Shown piece after piece: positions 6,886 through 15,946 of a DNA stretch of 41,236 bases. The stretch spans positions 1-41,236 of the forward strand of contig CAZIAP010000002.1 of assembly GCA_964537315.1 (NCBI GenBank), given 5' to 3'. The notes beneath the pieces are model-generated. The model was not told the origin of the DNA. It saw only the letters and a program-made list of their open reading frames with translations, and did not search any database. How positions within the stretch are numbered: the stretch's first letter is position 1; each line of letters starts with the position of its first letter. The position numbers were made by a program, and so were the translations under genes. This DNA is from an uncultured Gammaproteobacteria bacterium. GTDB taxonomy: Bacteria > Patescibacteriota > Microgenomatia > Levybacterales > GWA1-39-11.

Positions 6886-8985
6886 TTATCGAGATGGCCA
6901 TGGTGAAATAATTAACAACTCTTCTGTTAATCCGAGCTGTTTATTTATTTCCTCTGTTACAAATGGCATAAAAGGATGAAGAAGCGTTAACATCACTAAG
7001 TATAAGGAGCTCAAAACAGTGAATGAGTCTTCATCGATTCGATTTTTTACATCCTCAATATATATATCTGCAAATTCATGCCATGCAAAATCATATAAAT
7101 TTTGTGATGCATGATTAAAATCATACCTATCTAGTAGCCTAGTCACATTGTCAACTAACTCGCTCATCTTTTTAATCATTTCTTTATCATTTTTATGCTT
7201 TGCTACTTTTTCCAATTCAGTCAGTGAACTGTGAACTGTGAACTGTAAATCATCAGGTCTCTTCATTTCTATAAATCTCCCCATATTCCACAACTTGTTC
7301 GTAAATTTACGCATTGCATCAAGCTTGGGATAAGACAATGACTGATCATGTCCTAAAGCTGTACCATACACTAAAGCAAACCTAACAGCATCAGCGCCAT
7401 ACTGCTCGACTACCTCTAGTGGATTAACCACGTTGCCTTTGGATTTACTCATTTTCTTTCCTAACGGATCATTGACTAGCCCGTGCAGGACAATGTCTGA
7501 AAATGGCTTTTGACCTGTTACATAATAACCAAGCATCACCATACGTGATACCCAAGCACGTAATATGTCATAGCCTGTTTCCATCACGCTTGTCGGATAA
7601 AACTTTTCATAATCTCCATCTTGAGTAGTCTGCAAGGTAGCAAACGGCCACTGCCCAGATGAAAACCATGTATCAAAAGTGTCTGTGTCTTGTTCCCAAT
7701 CTCCCCCCTCCGGCACTTCTCCTTCAGTCACAACCCACTCACCAGTATGAACATTACGCCAAGCTGGGATACGAATTCCCCAGACAATTTGACGCGAAAT
7801 GTTCCAGTCTCTAAGATTTTCTAACCACTGACGATAATGAATCTCAAAGTTGGCAGGGTGAATTTTAATTTCTTTGTCCTCAACAGCTTTAAGCGCTTTT
7901 TCTGTTAATGGTTTTACTTTTACAAACCATTGTTCTCGAGGAAGAGGTTCAATAATATTTTTACACTTGTAACACAACCCTACACGGTGCGTATATTCCT
8001 CATCAATTTTCTCAATGAGACCCTTCGACTGCATTTCTTCTACAATTGCCTTTCTTGCCTGTTTTGCATAAAGACCAGCAAATTTACCAGCATGATCATT
8101 CATTTTTCCGTCATAGCCAATGACTTGCTTTAGGGGTAAATTATGTCGTTGTGATACCTCAAAATCATTAAAATCGTGTGCCGGGGTAATTTTAACTACT
8201 CCGGTTCCGAATTCAGGATCAACCATTTCATCACCTACAACTGTTATCTTTGCAGGTCCAAGAACAGTCTGAATATCAATCGTCTTTCCAATGTATTGAG
8301 TGTATCTTGGATCTTTTGGATTAACTGCCACAGCTGTATCGCCGAATTTTGTTTCGGGCCGAGTAGTTGCAAGGACTAATGGTCCGTATTTTATGTAATA
8401 TAGTGGGCTTCTTCTTTCTTCATATACTACCTCAAGGTCAGAAAATGAGGTACCATCAAACGTACAATAATTAACCAATCTTTCTGCTCTGTAAATAAGC
8501 CCATCATCATACATTTTTTTGAATGTTCTATGAACAACGCTTACTATTTCTTCATCTAATGTAAACTTTGCTCTACTCCAATCTAAGGAAAAACCCAATT
8601 TACGTAGCTGATCTTCCATTCCTCCTTTATTTTCTTGAACATAGTCCCATATCATCGTATACAATGTGTCTCTGTCATAATCAAAGCGGGTTTTTCCTTT
8701 TTCCTGGAGTTTTTTTTCAAAAACAAACTGAGTTTCAAACCCAGCATGATCTGCGCCTGGCACCCACAGAGCTGCATGTCCTTGCATCCTTTTAAAACGA
8801 ACTAAGATATCTTCTAGCACCATCATTGCATGTCCAAAATGAAGTGAGCCATTTGCATTTGGTGGGGGAAGAATTATAGTATAAGGTTTACCTTCAGGGT
8901 TTACTTCAGGTTTAAAATATTCATTTTTTACCCAAGAGTCATAAATTGATTTTTCAACCAATTTGTGGTCGTATGCTTTATCCAT
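6886..8985 (-). CDS. valS: Valine-tRNA ligase (short form)
   Basis: PPPNANGSLHFGH, DWNISRQIVWG, DTFDTWFSSG and KMSKS motifs. Confidence 0.97.
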   Translation of the reverse strand: MDKAYDHKLVEKSIYDSWVKNEYFKPEVNPEGKPYTIILPPPNANGSLHFGHAMMVLEDILVRFKRMQGHAALWVPGADHAGFETQFVFEKKLQEKGKTRFDYDRDTLYTMIWDYVQENKGGMEDQLRKLGFSLDWSRAKFTLDEEIVSVVHRTFKKMYDDGLIYRAERLVNYCTFDGTSFSDLEVVYEERRSPLYYIKYGPLVLATTRPETKFGDTAVAVNPKDPRYTQYIGKTIDIQTVLGPAKITVVGDEMVDPEFGTGVVKITPAHDFNDFEVSQRHNLPLKQVIGYDGKMNDHAGKFAGLYAKQARKAIVEEMQSKGLIEKIDEEYTHRVGLCYKCKNIIEPLPREQWFVKVKPLTEKALKAVEDKEIKIHPANFEIHYRQWLENLRDWNISRQIVWGIRIPAWRNVHTGEWVVTEGEVPEGGDWEQDTDTFDTWFSSGQWPFATLQTTQDGDYEKFYPTSVMETGYDILRAWVSRMVMLGYYVTGQKPFSDIVLHGLVNDPLGKKMSKSKGNVVNPLEVVEQYGADAVRFALVYGTALGHDQSLSYPKLDAMRKFTNKLWNMGRFIEMKRPDDLQFTVHSSLTELEKVAKHKNDKEMIKKMSELVDNVTRLLDRYDFNHASQNLYDFAWHEFADIYIEDVKNRIDEDSFTVLSSLYLVMLTLLHPFMPFVTEEINKQLGLTEELLIISPWPSR
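7224..7244. repeat. Heptamer tandem repeat (GTGAACT)x3 inside valS
   Basis: Three exact 7-bp units, 21 bp in total, so the reading frame is kept. Confidence 0.85.
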
Positions 8986-9033
8986 ATATCCTGGATTCTA
9001 GCATAAATTAGCTACAACGTACAGCTCAACATA

Positions 9034-9255
9034 TCAATAATTTAAGCTAATAATAAACACCAATAGACCAACAAGAAGTACAACCAGAGGAATAATAGCA
9101 TCGACACTATACAGGCGATCCAGCACAGGACCTGTCTCAATATACATAGTCTTCTCTGCTTTTTTCATTTGATGTTTATAGAGCCAGTTAAATAGACTAG
9201 CTGCGGCAAGAATAAACAAAAGAAAACTATACAGAACGATTTTTATTAACTCCAT
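9034..9255 (-). CDS. Small two-TM hypothetical protein
   Basis: 73-aa ORF with two hydrophobic segments, co-oriented with its neighbours. Confidence 0.6.
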   Translation of the reverse strand: MELIKIVLYSFLLFILAAASLFNWLYKHQMKKAEKTMYIETGPVLDRLYSVDAIIPLVVLLVGLLVFIISLNY

Positions 9256-9896
9256 GCCTTTCCTTTCTGAGGTATAAGATCCTCAATGTACTGATACTTA
9301 CCTTTTTTTGCGTCTTTTCTCTTAATCCACGTTGCGTTAGATGATTCATGATTTGATAGCTCTGCTATAAGTACTTGATTTAATAATTCACCTGTCAGCC
9401 TTGGTTCATAAATATCTTTTACTACAAACCCTTCTGAGTGAGTGGGGCGGTCAAAGGTTATATAAATATCTCCTTTATTTAATAACTGATTAATAATACC
9501 GTTCGTGTGAGTATCAATTTCCGTACAGCGAACTAGGTCTAGCAAAATGTCACTAATTCCTTCTGAAAAGAAGGGCTTACAGTCAAATTCCATTATTTTG
9601 TGATTGGTAACAATATATGCATGAAAATACCAGTTCATTATTTTTTTTATAACTACTGAACTGGTAATAATAATCACAGTAAGTAAACTAAGGACAAGGA
9701 GTAGCCCATCACGAAGGATAATCCAAAAAGAGAGAATAGATAAAAGAATAAATATTAATCCAACTACAACGGTTATAAAGAGAGAAGTGGCCAAAATAAA
9801 CCAGTGTTGACGCTTAGCAATGAGTATTTCCTCATCGGGGAAAGTCAGCAGTGACTTTTTATTTTTAATGTTTATCTCAAAGCGAAAAGGTTTCAT
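9246..9896 (-). CDS. Membrane protein with bacterial PH-like domain
   Basis: RQHWF, two TMs, NWYFHAYIVTNHKI and GIINQLLNKGDI. Start moved to MKPF (9896). Confidence 0.65.
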   Translation of the reverse strand: MKPFRFEINIKNKKSLLTFPDEEILIAKRQHWFILATSLFITVVVGLIFILLSILSFWIILRDGLLLVLSLLTVIIITSSVVIKKIMNWYFHAYIVTNHKIMEFDCKPFFSEGISDILLDLVRCTEIDTHTNGIINQLLNKGDIYITFDRPTHSEGFVVKDIYEPRLTGELLNQVLIAELSNHESSNATWIKRKDAKKGKYQYIEDLIPQKGKAWS

Positions 9897-10050
9897 AATT
9901 AATCCCTTATAAAGCTTCTTCTCGCTTTGAATTACCCAGTATACAAAACTTACATTACGCGCATGAATTATTAATAAGAAATGGGTAATAGTACAGCAAG
10001 CCAATACTTGCAGGATAGAGCATACCTGCCTATAATATGTTCTGAACTCT

Positions 10051-11616
10051 ATGCGCCTCAATCAGCTTTCAAGTTACTTAATTCATGTTTTTTCCCAGAA
10101 TGGTTCAGGGTCATCCGACCAAGGTGGAATCAGAGTAAATCCTATTGTTTCTGAGCTTGCAACTCTTTATGAAAAGCTCAGAAACGCTATGGACTATAGA
10201 GATGATGAAGTTGTCTTACGTGCTGCAATTGAGCGAATACTCAAACGAAGACATTTTTACGGAGGTAGCGGTAAAACAATTGCAGGTCCTCTACTCAGAG
10301 AATTAACCTGGGCGAGATATTTTCCTGATGGAAGTATAGCAGAGACTTTAGTTCATGACGTTGAAAAGGTCATTGATATGTACTTAAAGCTTCGTTCGGA
10401 AATCATATCTAAAAACAAAATTGAGGAAGGAAAAATCAATACATTTATCTATCATCTTATATCTTCTCACCTTACTTTTCTGCTTAAACCCAACCATAAA
10501 CAAGAAACTCTTGCAAATTTTATGTTTCATGTTATGAAAAAAAGCGTAGAGTTGGAAGACGACTCCGAAGTTACACGAGACGCACAAGTATTCATTGCGA
10601 CCAGAAGAGCATTTGCCAAAGATGATCTGGCACTTTTACATTACCATCTCTTCATCCAGTACTTTGGCTCACCAACTGAGAATACCCTGTCAGAGATTTC
10701 TCAAAACTTCATGCAGGGTTACAGCGAGATTCAAAAGCAGCTTAACTATCCGTTGAGGCATAAGATATTCTCATATATAAAACGAGCAACACCGCCGTTT
10801 CTTGTGCTAGAAGAAGTACTACTCAGAAACAGTAATGAACTCGAAAACTTGGTTAAAAATGAAGATAGGCTTAATAACGAAATTATTACAGTTTGTAACG
10901 AGAAATATCTCTCAATTCGTTCAAAGATTAAACGTGCAATAATTCGCAGTCTTATTTTCCTAGTATTAACAAAAACTATTGTAGCTCTATCAATTGAAGG
11001 GACATTTGAAAGTATTGTATACGGCGAGATCATGTGGGGGTCAATAACGCTTAATATCATCATTCCTCCGATTATTCTCGCAATCGCAGCAATATTTATT
11101 AAAACTCCTGGTAAAGATAATACAAAAAAAATAATAAGTCGTATACATAATCTATTGTATGACAGCGATCCTTACGGAGCTCAGCCTGTGTCGCTTAGTC
11201 GTATTTCCAAAAAGAAAAAATCATTCCTCTACCCGCTTTTCTCTGTCCTTTGGGTCGGAGCATTTTTTGCTAATTTTGGACTGATTGTCTGGTTATTAAA
11301 CTTACTTGGCTTTAATCCCATAAGTCAGGCAATTTTTATTTTCTTTTTGACAATTGTATTTTTCTTAATTTATCGTATTCACCAGACAGCATACACTTTC
11401 ACAATAACTCGAAAACAAAATCTTCTTACGCCAATTGTGGATTTCTTTTTCATGCCGATAGCAAGAGTAGGTCGTCATATTACTGAAGGGGTCTCTCAAG
11501 TAAACATTTTACTTGTAATGCTTGATCTTCTTATAGAAGCACCTTTTAAGGGTCTCTTTTCATTTTTTGAGCAGTGGTTTGTTTTTCTACACGCAAAAAG
11601 AGAATACCTAGAATAG
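10051..11616 (+). CDS. Conserved hypothetical membrane protein
   Basis: 521-aa ORF; YEKLRNAMDYRDD..RAAIERILKRR N-domain and C-terminal TM helices. Confidence 0.75.
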   Translation: MRLNQLSSYLIHVFSQNGSGSSDQGGIRVNPIVSELATLYEKLRNAMDYRDDEVVLRAAIERILKRRHFYGGSGKTIAGPLLRELTWARYFPDGSIAETLVHDVEKVIDMYLKLRSEIISKNKIEEGKINTFIYHLISSHLTFLLKPNHKQETLANFMFHVMKKSVELEDDSEVTRDAQVFIATRRAFAKDDLALLHYHLFIQYFGSPTENTLSEISQNFMQGYSEIQKQLNYPLRHKIFSYIKRATPPFLVLEEVLLRNSNELENLVKNEDRLNNEIITVCNEKYLSIRSKIKRAIIRSLIFLVLTKTIVALSIEGTFESIVYGEIMWGSITLNIIIPPIILAIAAIFIKTPGKDNTKKIISRIHNLLYDSDPYGAQPVSLSRISKKKKSFLYPLFSVLWVGAFFANFGLIVWLLNLLGFNPISQAIFIFFLTIVFFLIYRIHQTAYTFTITRKQNLLTPIVDFFFMPIARVGRHITEGVSQVNILLVMLDLLIEAPFKGLFSFFEQWFVFLHAKREYLE

Positions 11617-11773
11617 ATAAACTCTTCCCAAAATAGACGTTTCACCTTTAGATTCTAAAATTTTTCGACCAACTTCATGCTTTCTTTTTTGATGCTTTTC
11701 ACGCTAAATCATGCTATGATAAAAATCGGATTTCTTTAGACGGACAAGACTTGAAATTTTTAAGAAACCTAAT

Positions 11774-12202
11774 ATGAAACAGACTATGATTACAATCCAT
11801 TCAGATGGGGGATCAAGAGGAAACCCAGGTCGAGCTGCATATGGATTTATTATTACTGACGGTGAAAACAATATAGTTCACCAAGAAGGGGGATATATAG
11901 GAGTTACCACAAATAATGTTGCTGAGTATACGGGGGTAGTTAAATCACTTGAGTGGGTAAACGAGCACCTCAAAAATATTTTAAAAATTAATATTATTCT
12001 AGATTCAGAGCTAGTTGCTCGACAAATGTCGGGTATATATAGAGTAAAAAACGAGAATTTGCGACCATACTTTAACACGCTAAAGAAACTGGAGCAAGAG
12101 ATTGGGGCAGAAGTTAAATACACGTCGGTTCCTAGAGAACAAAATAAGGATGCAGATAAACTAGTTAATGTTGCGCTCGACTCTAGTGATGCATCTTTAT
12201 AG
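11774..12202 (+). CDS. rnhA: Ribonuclease HI
   Basis: SDGGSRGNPG, TNNVAEY, DSELV and REQNKDADKLVN motifs. Confidence 0.92.
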   Translation: MKQTMITIHSDGGSRGNPGRAAYGFIITDGENNIVHQEGGYIGVTTNNVAEYTGVVKSLEWVNEHLKNILKINIILDSELVARQMSGIYRVKNENLRPYFNTLKKLEQEIGAEVKYTSVPREQNKDADKLVNVALDSSDASL

Positions 12203-12234
12203 ACGAAGTCTCAACAATTCATTACAATGAATGT

Positions 12235-14889
12235 ATGGCTGCAGTTTTTACTCCAAGCACATCCGAAAAAGACACATCGTTGATGCTGATTTGTGGTAAT
12301 CTTTCTCCTTTAACAAATGATTTGATACAAACGGTAGTTAATGATTTCAGGCTTATTATCCTTCGTAATCCAAAACATTTTCCTAAACAAGATAACCTTT
12401 TTCAAGTATATGATACCGCAGTTGGAACAATCAGTGACCTGAAAGACAGAGTAGAGTACGCTGTGTTTTTTCTTAATACGATTGAGGACAAAAGATTGCT
12501 AGAGAAGCTAGTTCCCAAACTTGAAAGAGATAAGCCTAGAACAGTAGTAGTTTTCCAGTTAAAAAACTGGGAGGATTTTTCTGATGTTGTACTCGCGCTC
12601 AAGCATATTCCATCCATTACTTTTACTGTTTTAGGAGAGATGTTCGGTAACGATATTCCATCTGATACGTCTCGTGCTTCACATATAGTATATACCGCCC
12701 TTACACAAAAGAAGGCTACATTTACAGGTAACGACCTTGTCTCAGTTTTTCCTATTTCAGCTACTGATGCGCTGAAGGGTGTCCAATATCTATTGTTTGC
12801 AAAGGAGAAAAGTAGAATGGTATTTTTATACTACGAACATCCACAGACCATTATTTCTGCAATTCACCTTATCAAAAGAGTAGAGTCTGATTTGCAAATT
12901 TTGTACGACCGAAAAATTCCAGATTTTCCGGAGTATCCAACACATAAGCAGATTGAAAATCAGATTTCTGCAAAAACACACTTCACGCCAGTATATATTA
13001 ATGATATTTTGGATGGCTTTGAAAACTGTGTAAGTAATATCAAATATTCAGATAATATTGCCATTCACCCAGCCTCAAAATCTAAAAGAGTAGTAAAGAA
13101 AATTGCAAAAAAAAAGTCTCAGGCAAAATCATTCTTTACTATTTTTACGGTCTCTGTACTACTTTATTTGATAATTAACACATTATTAACAATCACAGGA
13201 GTTATACTGGCAAAACAATCACTTCAGTCATTGCAAGAGGGTAATTTTTCCAAGGCAAGTAGTCAACTAACACTCGCTAACCGTTGTTTCCAGATCACAC
13301 AACCCGTGATCGACCTTGGTTTTTCAACAGCAGACGCGTTGCAGATACCACTTTCCGATAGCTATAAAACTTTTACCTCTGGGATAAGGATAAGTAACCT
13401 TGCAGCTGCGGAATTGGAAAAGGTAAATAAAATTAACAAGGGACTATCACAAGAAGAGCTTTTAGAAACACTAGCAAATATAAATTACCTTTACTTTACA
13501 GCACAGTCCTCAAAATCAATTTCCAGACTCCCTTACATGGACAAGCTTTCAACCATTCCAGCAGGTGACTTTCTCTCTCTTGGAAGTATTTTACCCGACG
13601 TACTAGGGTATAGGTCACCTAAAACATATCTCTTTCTTTTTCAGAATAATGGTGAGCTTCGTCCAACCGGAGGATTTATTGGTTCAGTAGGAGAACTTAC
13701 CGTTAGTAAAGGTCTTGCGAAATCGTTCGTTATCCATGACGTTTATGATGTTGATGGGCAACTTAAAACTCATTCTGAACCTCCGTTTATAGTACGCCGA
13801 TTCTTGCAACCTCATTTATATCTCAGAGACAGCAATTTCTCTCCGGACTTTCAAGAGACTGCAACTACAGCAGCAGCACTTTATCATCAATCAGTTGGTA
13901 AAACTGTCGATGGAGTAATTGCTACAGACTACGATGTACTCAGATCGATTATCTCAGCTACAGGACCTTTATACATACCCTCACTTGATCGGACAATTGA
14001 TGAACAAAACGGTTTTGAGTTTATCCAGTCAACTATTGAAGAGTCCTTCTTCCCTGGTTCATCACAAAAAAAAGACTTGCTAAAAGAAATTTGGGGGCAG
14101 CTTAGTTTAAAATTACAGAACCCTAAAAACGCACTTGCCGTTGCGATGCTTTTGCCGTCGCTTATAGAAGAAAAGCATATCCTATTCTCTATTAAAGAAC
14201 CTCTGCTACAGGAGGCTTTTTCAGTACAAGGATACGGGGGAACGATTCTATCTAGCACAGAAAACCAGGAGAATACATTAAACGATTATTTTGCTCTTAA
14301 TGAGGCAAATATAGGTGTCAATAAAGCTAATATTCATATAGATAGAACAGTGAACATTACTCAGGTACTCGATACAGACAAGCTCACATCAAACGTAGTA
14401 GTAAACTTAGAAAACACAGGAGAAGAAGAGTATAAAGTATATTTGAGAGTAATAGTACCTTCTGAGAGTGCCTTCGAAAGTTTACAGATTGATGGGAAAG
14501 AGGAGGAGACTGTCAATGGTATTACTAATCCTCAACAGTATGAAGCGACAAGTTTTCGTGTTCCACAACAAACCGAGCGGTTTGAAGAAGTTTTCAAAGA
14601 CAAAAAAATGATAGGTTTCATATTCACTGTACCAAGGAAAACAAAGAAATCATATACAATTAAATATTCTCGGGATATCAAATTACCGCTGAAAGAATTT
14701 AGCTACAACTTTATCTATCAAACACAGCCGGGAACAAATGGTTATCCGTTAACTACAAGAGTAATTTATGATTCACAACTAATAGCTCAAGAAGTAACTC
14801 CAGGATCGATTAATAATGGTCAAGCGGTAACGCAGATACCCTCAATTAAGAAGGATCAAAAAACTTCTATCAAGTTTCACCACCGTTAG
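12235..14889 (+). CDS. DUF4012-domain protein with degenerate epimerase-like N-terminus and a central TM helix
   Basis: LFLFQNNGELRPTGGFIGS, LRDSNFSPDF, NEANIGVNKAN and QTQPG motifs. Confidence 0.8.
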   Translation: MAAVFTPSTSEKDTSLMLICGNLSPLTNDLIQTVVNDFRLIILRNPKHFPKQDNLFQVYDTAVGTISDLKDRVEYAVFFLNTIEDKRLLEKLVPKLERDKPRTVVVFQLKNWEDFSDVVLALKHIPSITFTVLGEMFGNDIPSDTSRASHIVYTALTQKKATFTGNDLVSVFPISATDALKGVQYLLFAKEKSRMVFLYYEHPQTIISAIHLIKRVESDLQILYDRKIPDFPEYPTHKQIENQISAKTHFTPVYINDILDGFENCVSNIKYSDNIAIHPASKSKRVVKKIAKKKSQAKSFFTIFTVSVLLYLIINTLLTITGVILAKQSLQSLQEGNFSKASSQLTLANRCFQITQPVIDLGFSTADALQIPLSDSYKTFTSGIRISNLAAAELEKVNKINKGLSQEELLETLANINYLYFTAQSSKSISRLPYMDKLSTIPAGDFLSLGSILPDVLGYRSPKTYLFLFQNNGELRPTGGFIGSVGELTVSKGLAKSFVIHDVYDVDGQLKTHSEPPFIVRRFLQPHLYLRDSNFSPDFQETATTAAALYHQSVGKTVDGVIATDYDVLRSIISATGPLYIPSLDRTIDEQNGFEFIQSTIEESFFPGSSQKKDLLKEIWGQLSLKLQNPKNALAVAMLLPSLIEEKHILFSIKEPLLQEAFSVQGYGGTILSSTENQENTLNDYFALNEANIGVNKANIHIDRTVNITQVLDTDKLTSNVVVNLENTGEEEYKVYLRVIVPSESAFESLQIDGKEEETVNGITNPQQYEATSFRVPQQTERFEEVFKDKKMIGFIFTVPRKTKKSYTIKYSRDIKLPLKEFSYNFIYQTQPGTNGYPLTTRVIYDSQLIAQEVTPGSINNGQAVTQIPSIKKDQKTSIKFHHR

Positions 14890-15893
14890 TTAGACAGTAA
14901 GATTGTAAAAACATACCCGTGCTCTTTTATCTTAACTACACCAACTCCCATATTTGCATATGAAGGTGAAACAATTGCCTGTCTATACTCTGAAGTCTGG
15001 ATCATCCCATTAAACCCCAATGTACTGCTCTGAGAGTGGAAGGGAATAAAGTATGCCGTGGAATAGGGTATACGAGCTTGTGCTAATAAGTCAAAGGGAG
15101 TAGACCCATTTACCTGAGATCTAGATAATGTCTGAGTTTGGCTGATGTTATATGTGAGCGTTTGGGCAATACGAGAAAGATCTTCTGAAAAAGTCAACTT
15201 GGAAACTGAGGCGGATTCTCTATATGTATTTATCTGCTCAATTAGGTTTTCTGCTTCTTCAACATTTGTAGCATGTAATTCACCTGAAGGGATATTCACT
15301 GAATCCTCCCCCTGAGGGTTGATTGTGAGAAAATTCATTAATGAATACGAAGGAGACGATATAAGTCGGCGCTGTGTGCTTTCCACGGACTGTAAGTTTA
15401 CTGCCAAAATATTAAGAATATTGCTGGAGCTAACATTTCTTTTAATGAATGGTGTTAAAGGAAACGAGAGTGTCACAGCGGATAGAGCAGCAACAATAAT
15501 TATGAAAGTTATTGACCCAAACAAAATATTAAGAATAGGAAGCTTTATCTCCTCCAAGTGTGCATCAATGTTTAATAGTAGTAGTCGATAACCTACTACA
15601 GCCATTCCTCCTAATATCAATAGAATTGTTAGAAAACTAATGCCATCTGCAAATCCTTTTGTAGCAAAAAACTGAAGCTGTATAAACTCAGACAATATCC
15701 AGTAACTCCATAAAGAAATAAAAATAACCCCTGCACTCAATAGAAAAGTTAAAACAGATTGAAGAAATGTTCTTTGTCTTTCTGAGGCAATGTAAATAAG
15801 AAAGCATACGAAAAAAAACAGATCAACAACAGTAAACGGGTTAAGTTCTAGTATTTTTTGTAAAAACAAAAGGTAATTAGAGAAGGTCATCAA
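14886..15893 (-). CDS. CvpA-like membrane domain fused to a CAP/SCP domain
   Basis: Four N-terminal TMs; C-terminal QINTYRE..LTFSEDL and HGYVFT..MGVGV CAP-like motifs, diverged. Confidence 0.6.
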   Translation of the reverse strand: MMTFSNYLLFLQKILELNPFTVVDLFFFVCFLIYIASERQRTFLQSVLTFLLSAGVIFISLWSYWILSEFIQLQFFATKGFADGISFLTILLILGGMAVVGYRLLLLNIDAHLEEIKLPILNILFGSITFIIIVAALSAVTLSFPLTPFIKRNVSSSNILNILAVNLQSVESTQRRLISSPSYSLMNFLTINPQGEDSVNIPSGELHATNVEEAENLIEQINTYRESASVSKLTFSEDLSRIAQTLTYNISQTQTLSRSQVNGSTPFDLLAQARIPYSTAYFIPFHSQSSTLGFNGMIQTSEYRQAIVSPSYANMGVGVVKIKEHGYVFTILLSN

Positions 15894-15946
15894 TTTATGA
15901 TATAATATTTTTGATTTCAGAACAAAGCAGAAAAGTGTAAATCCCC

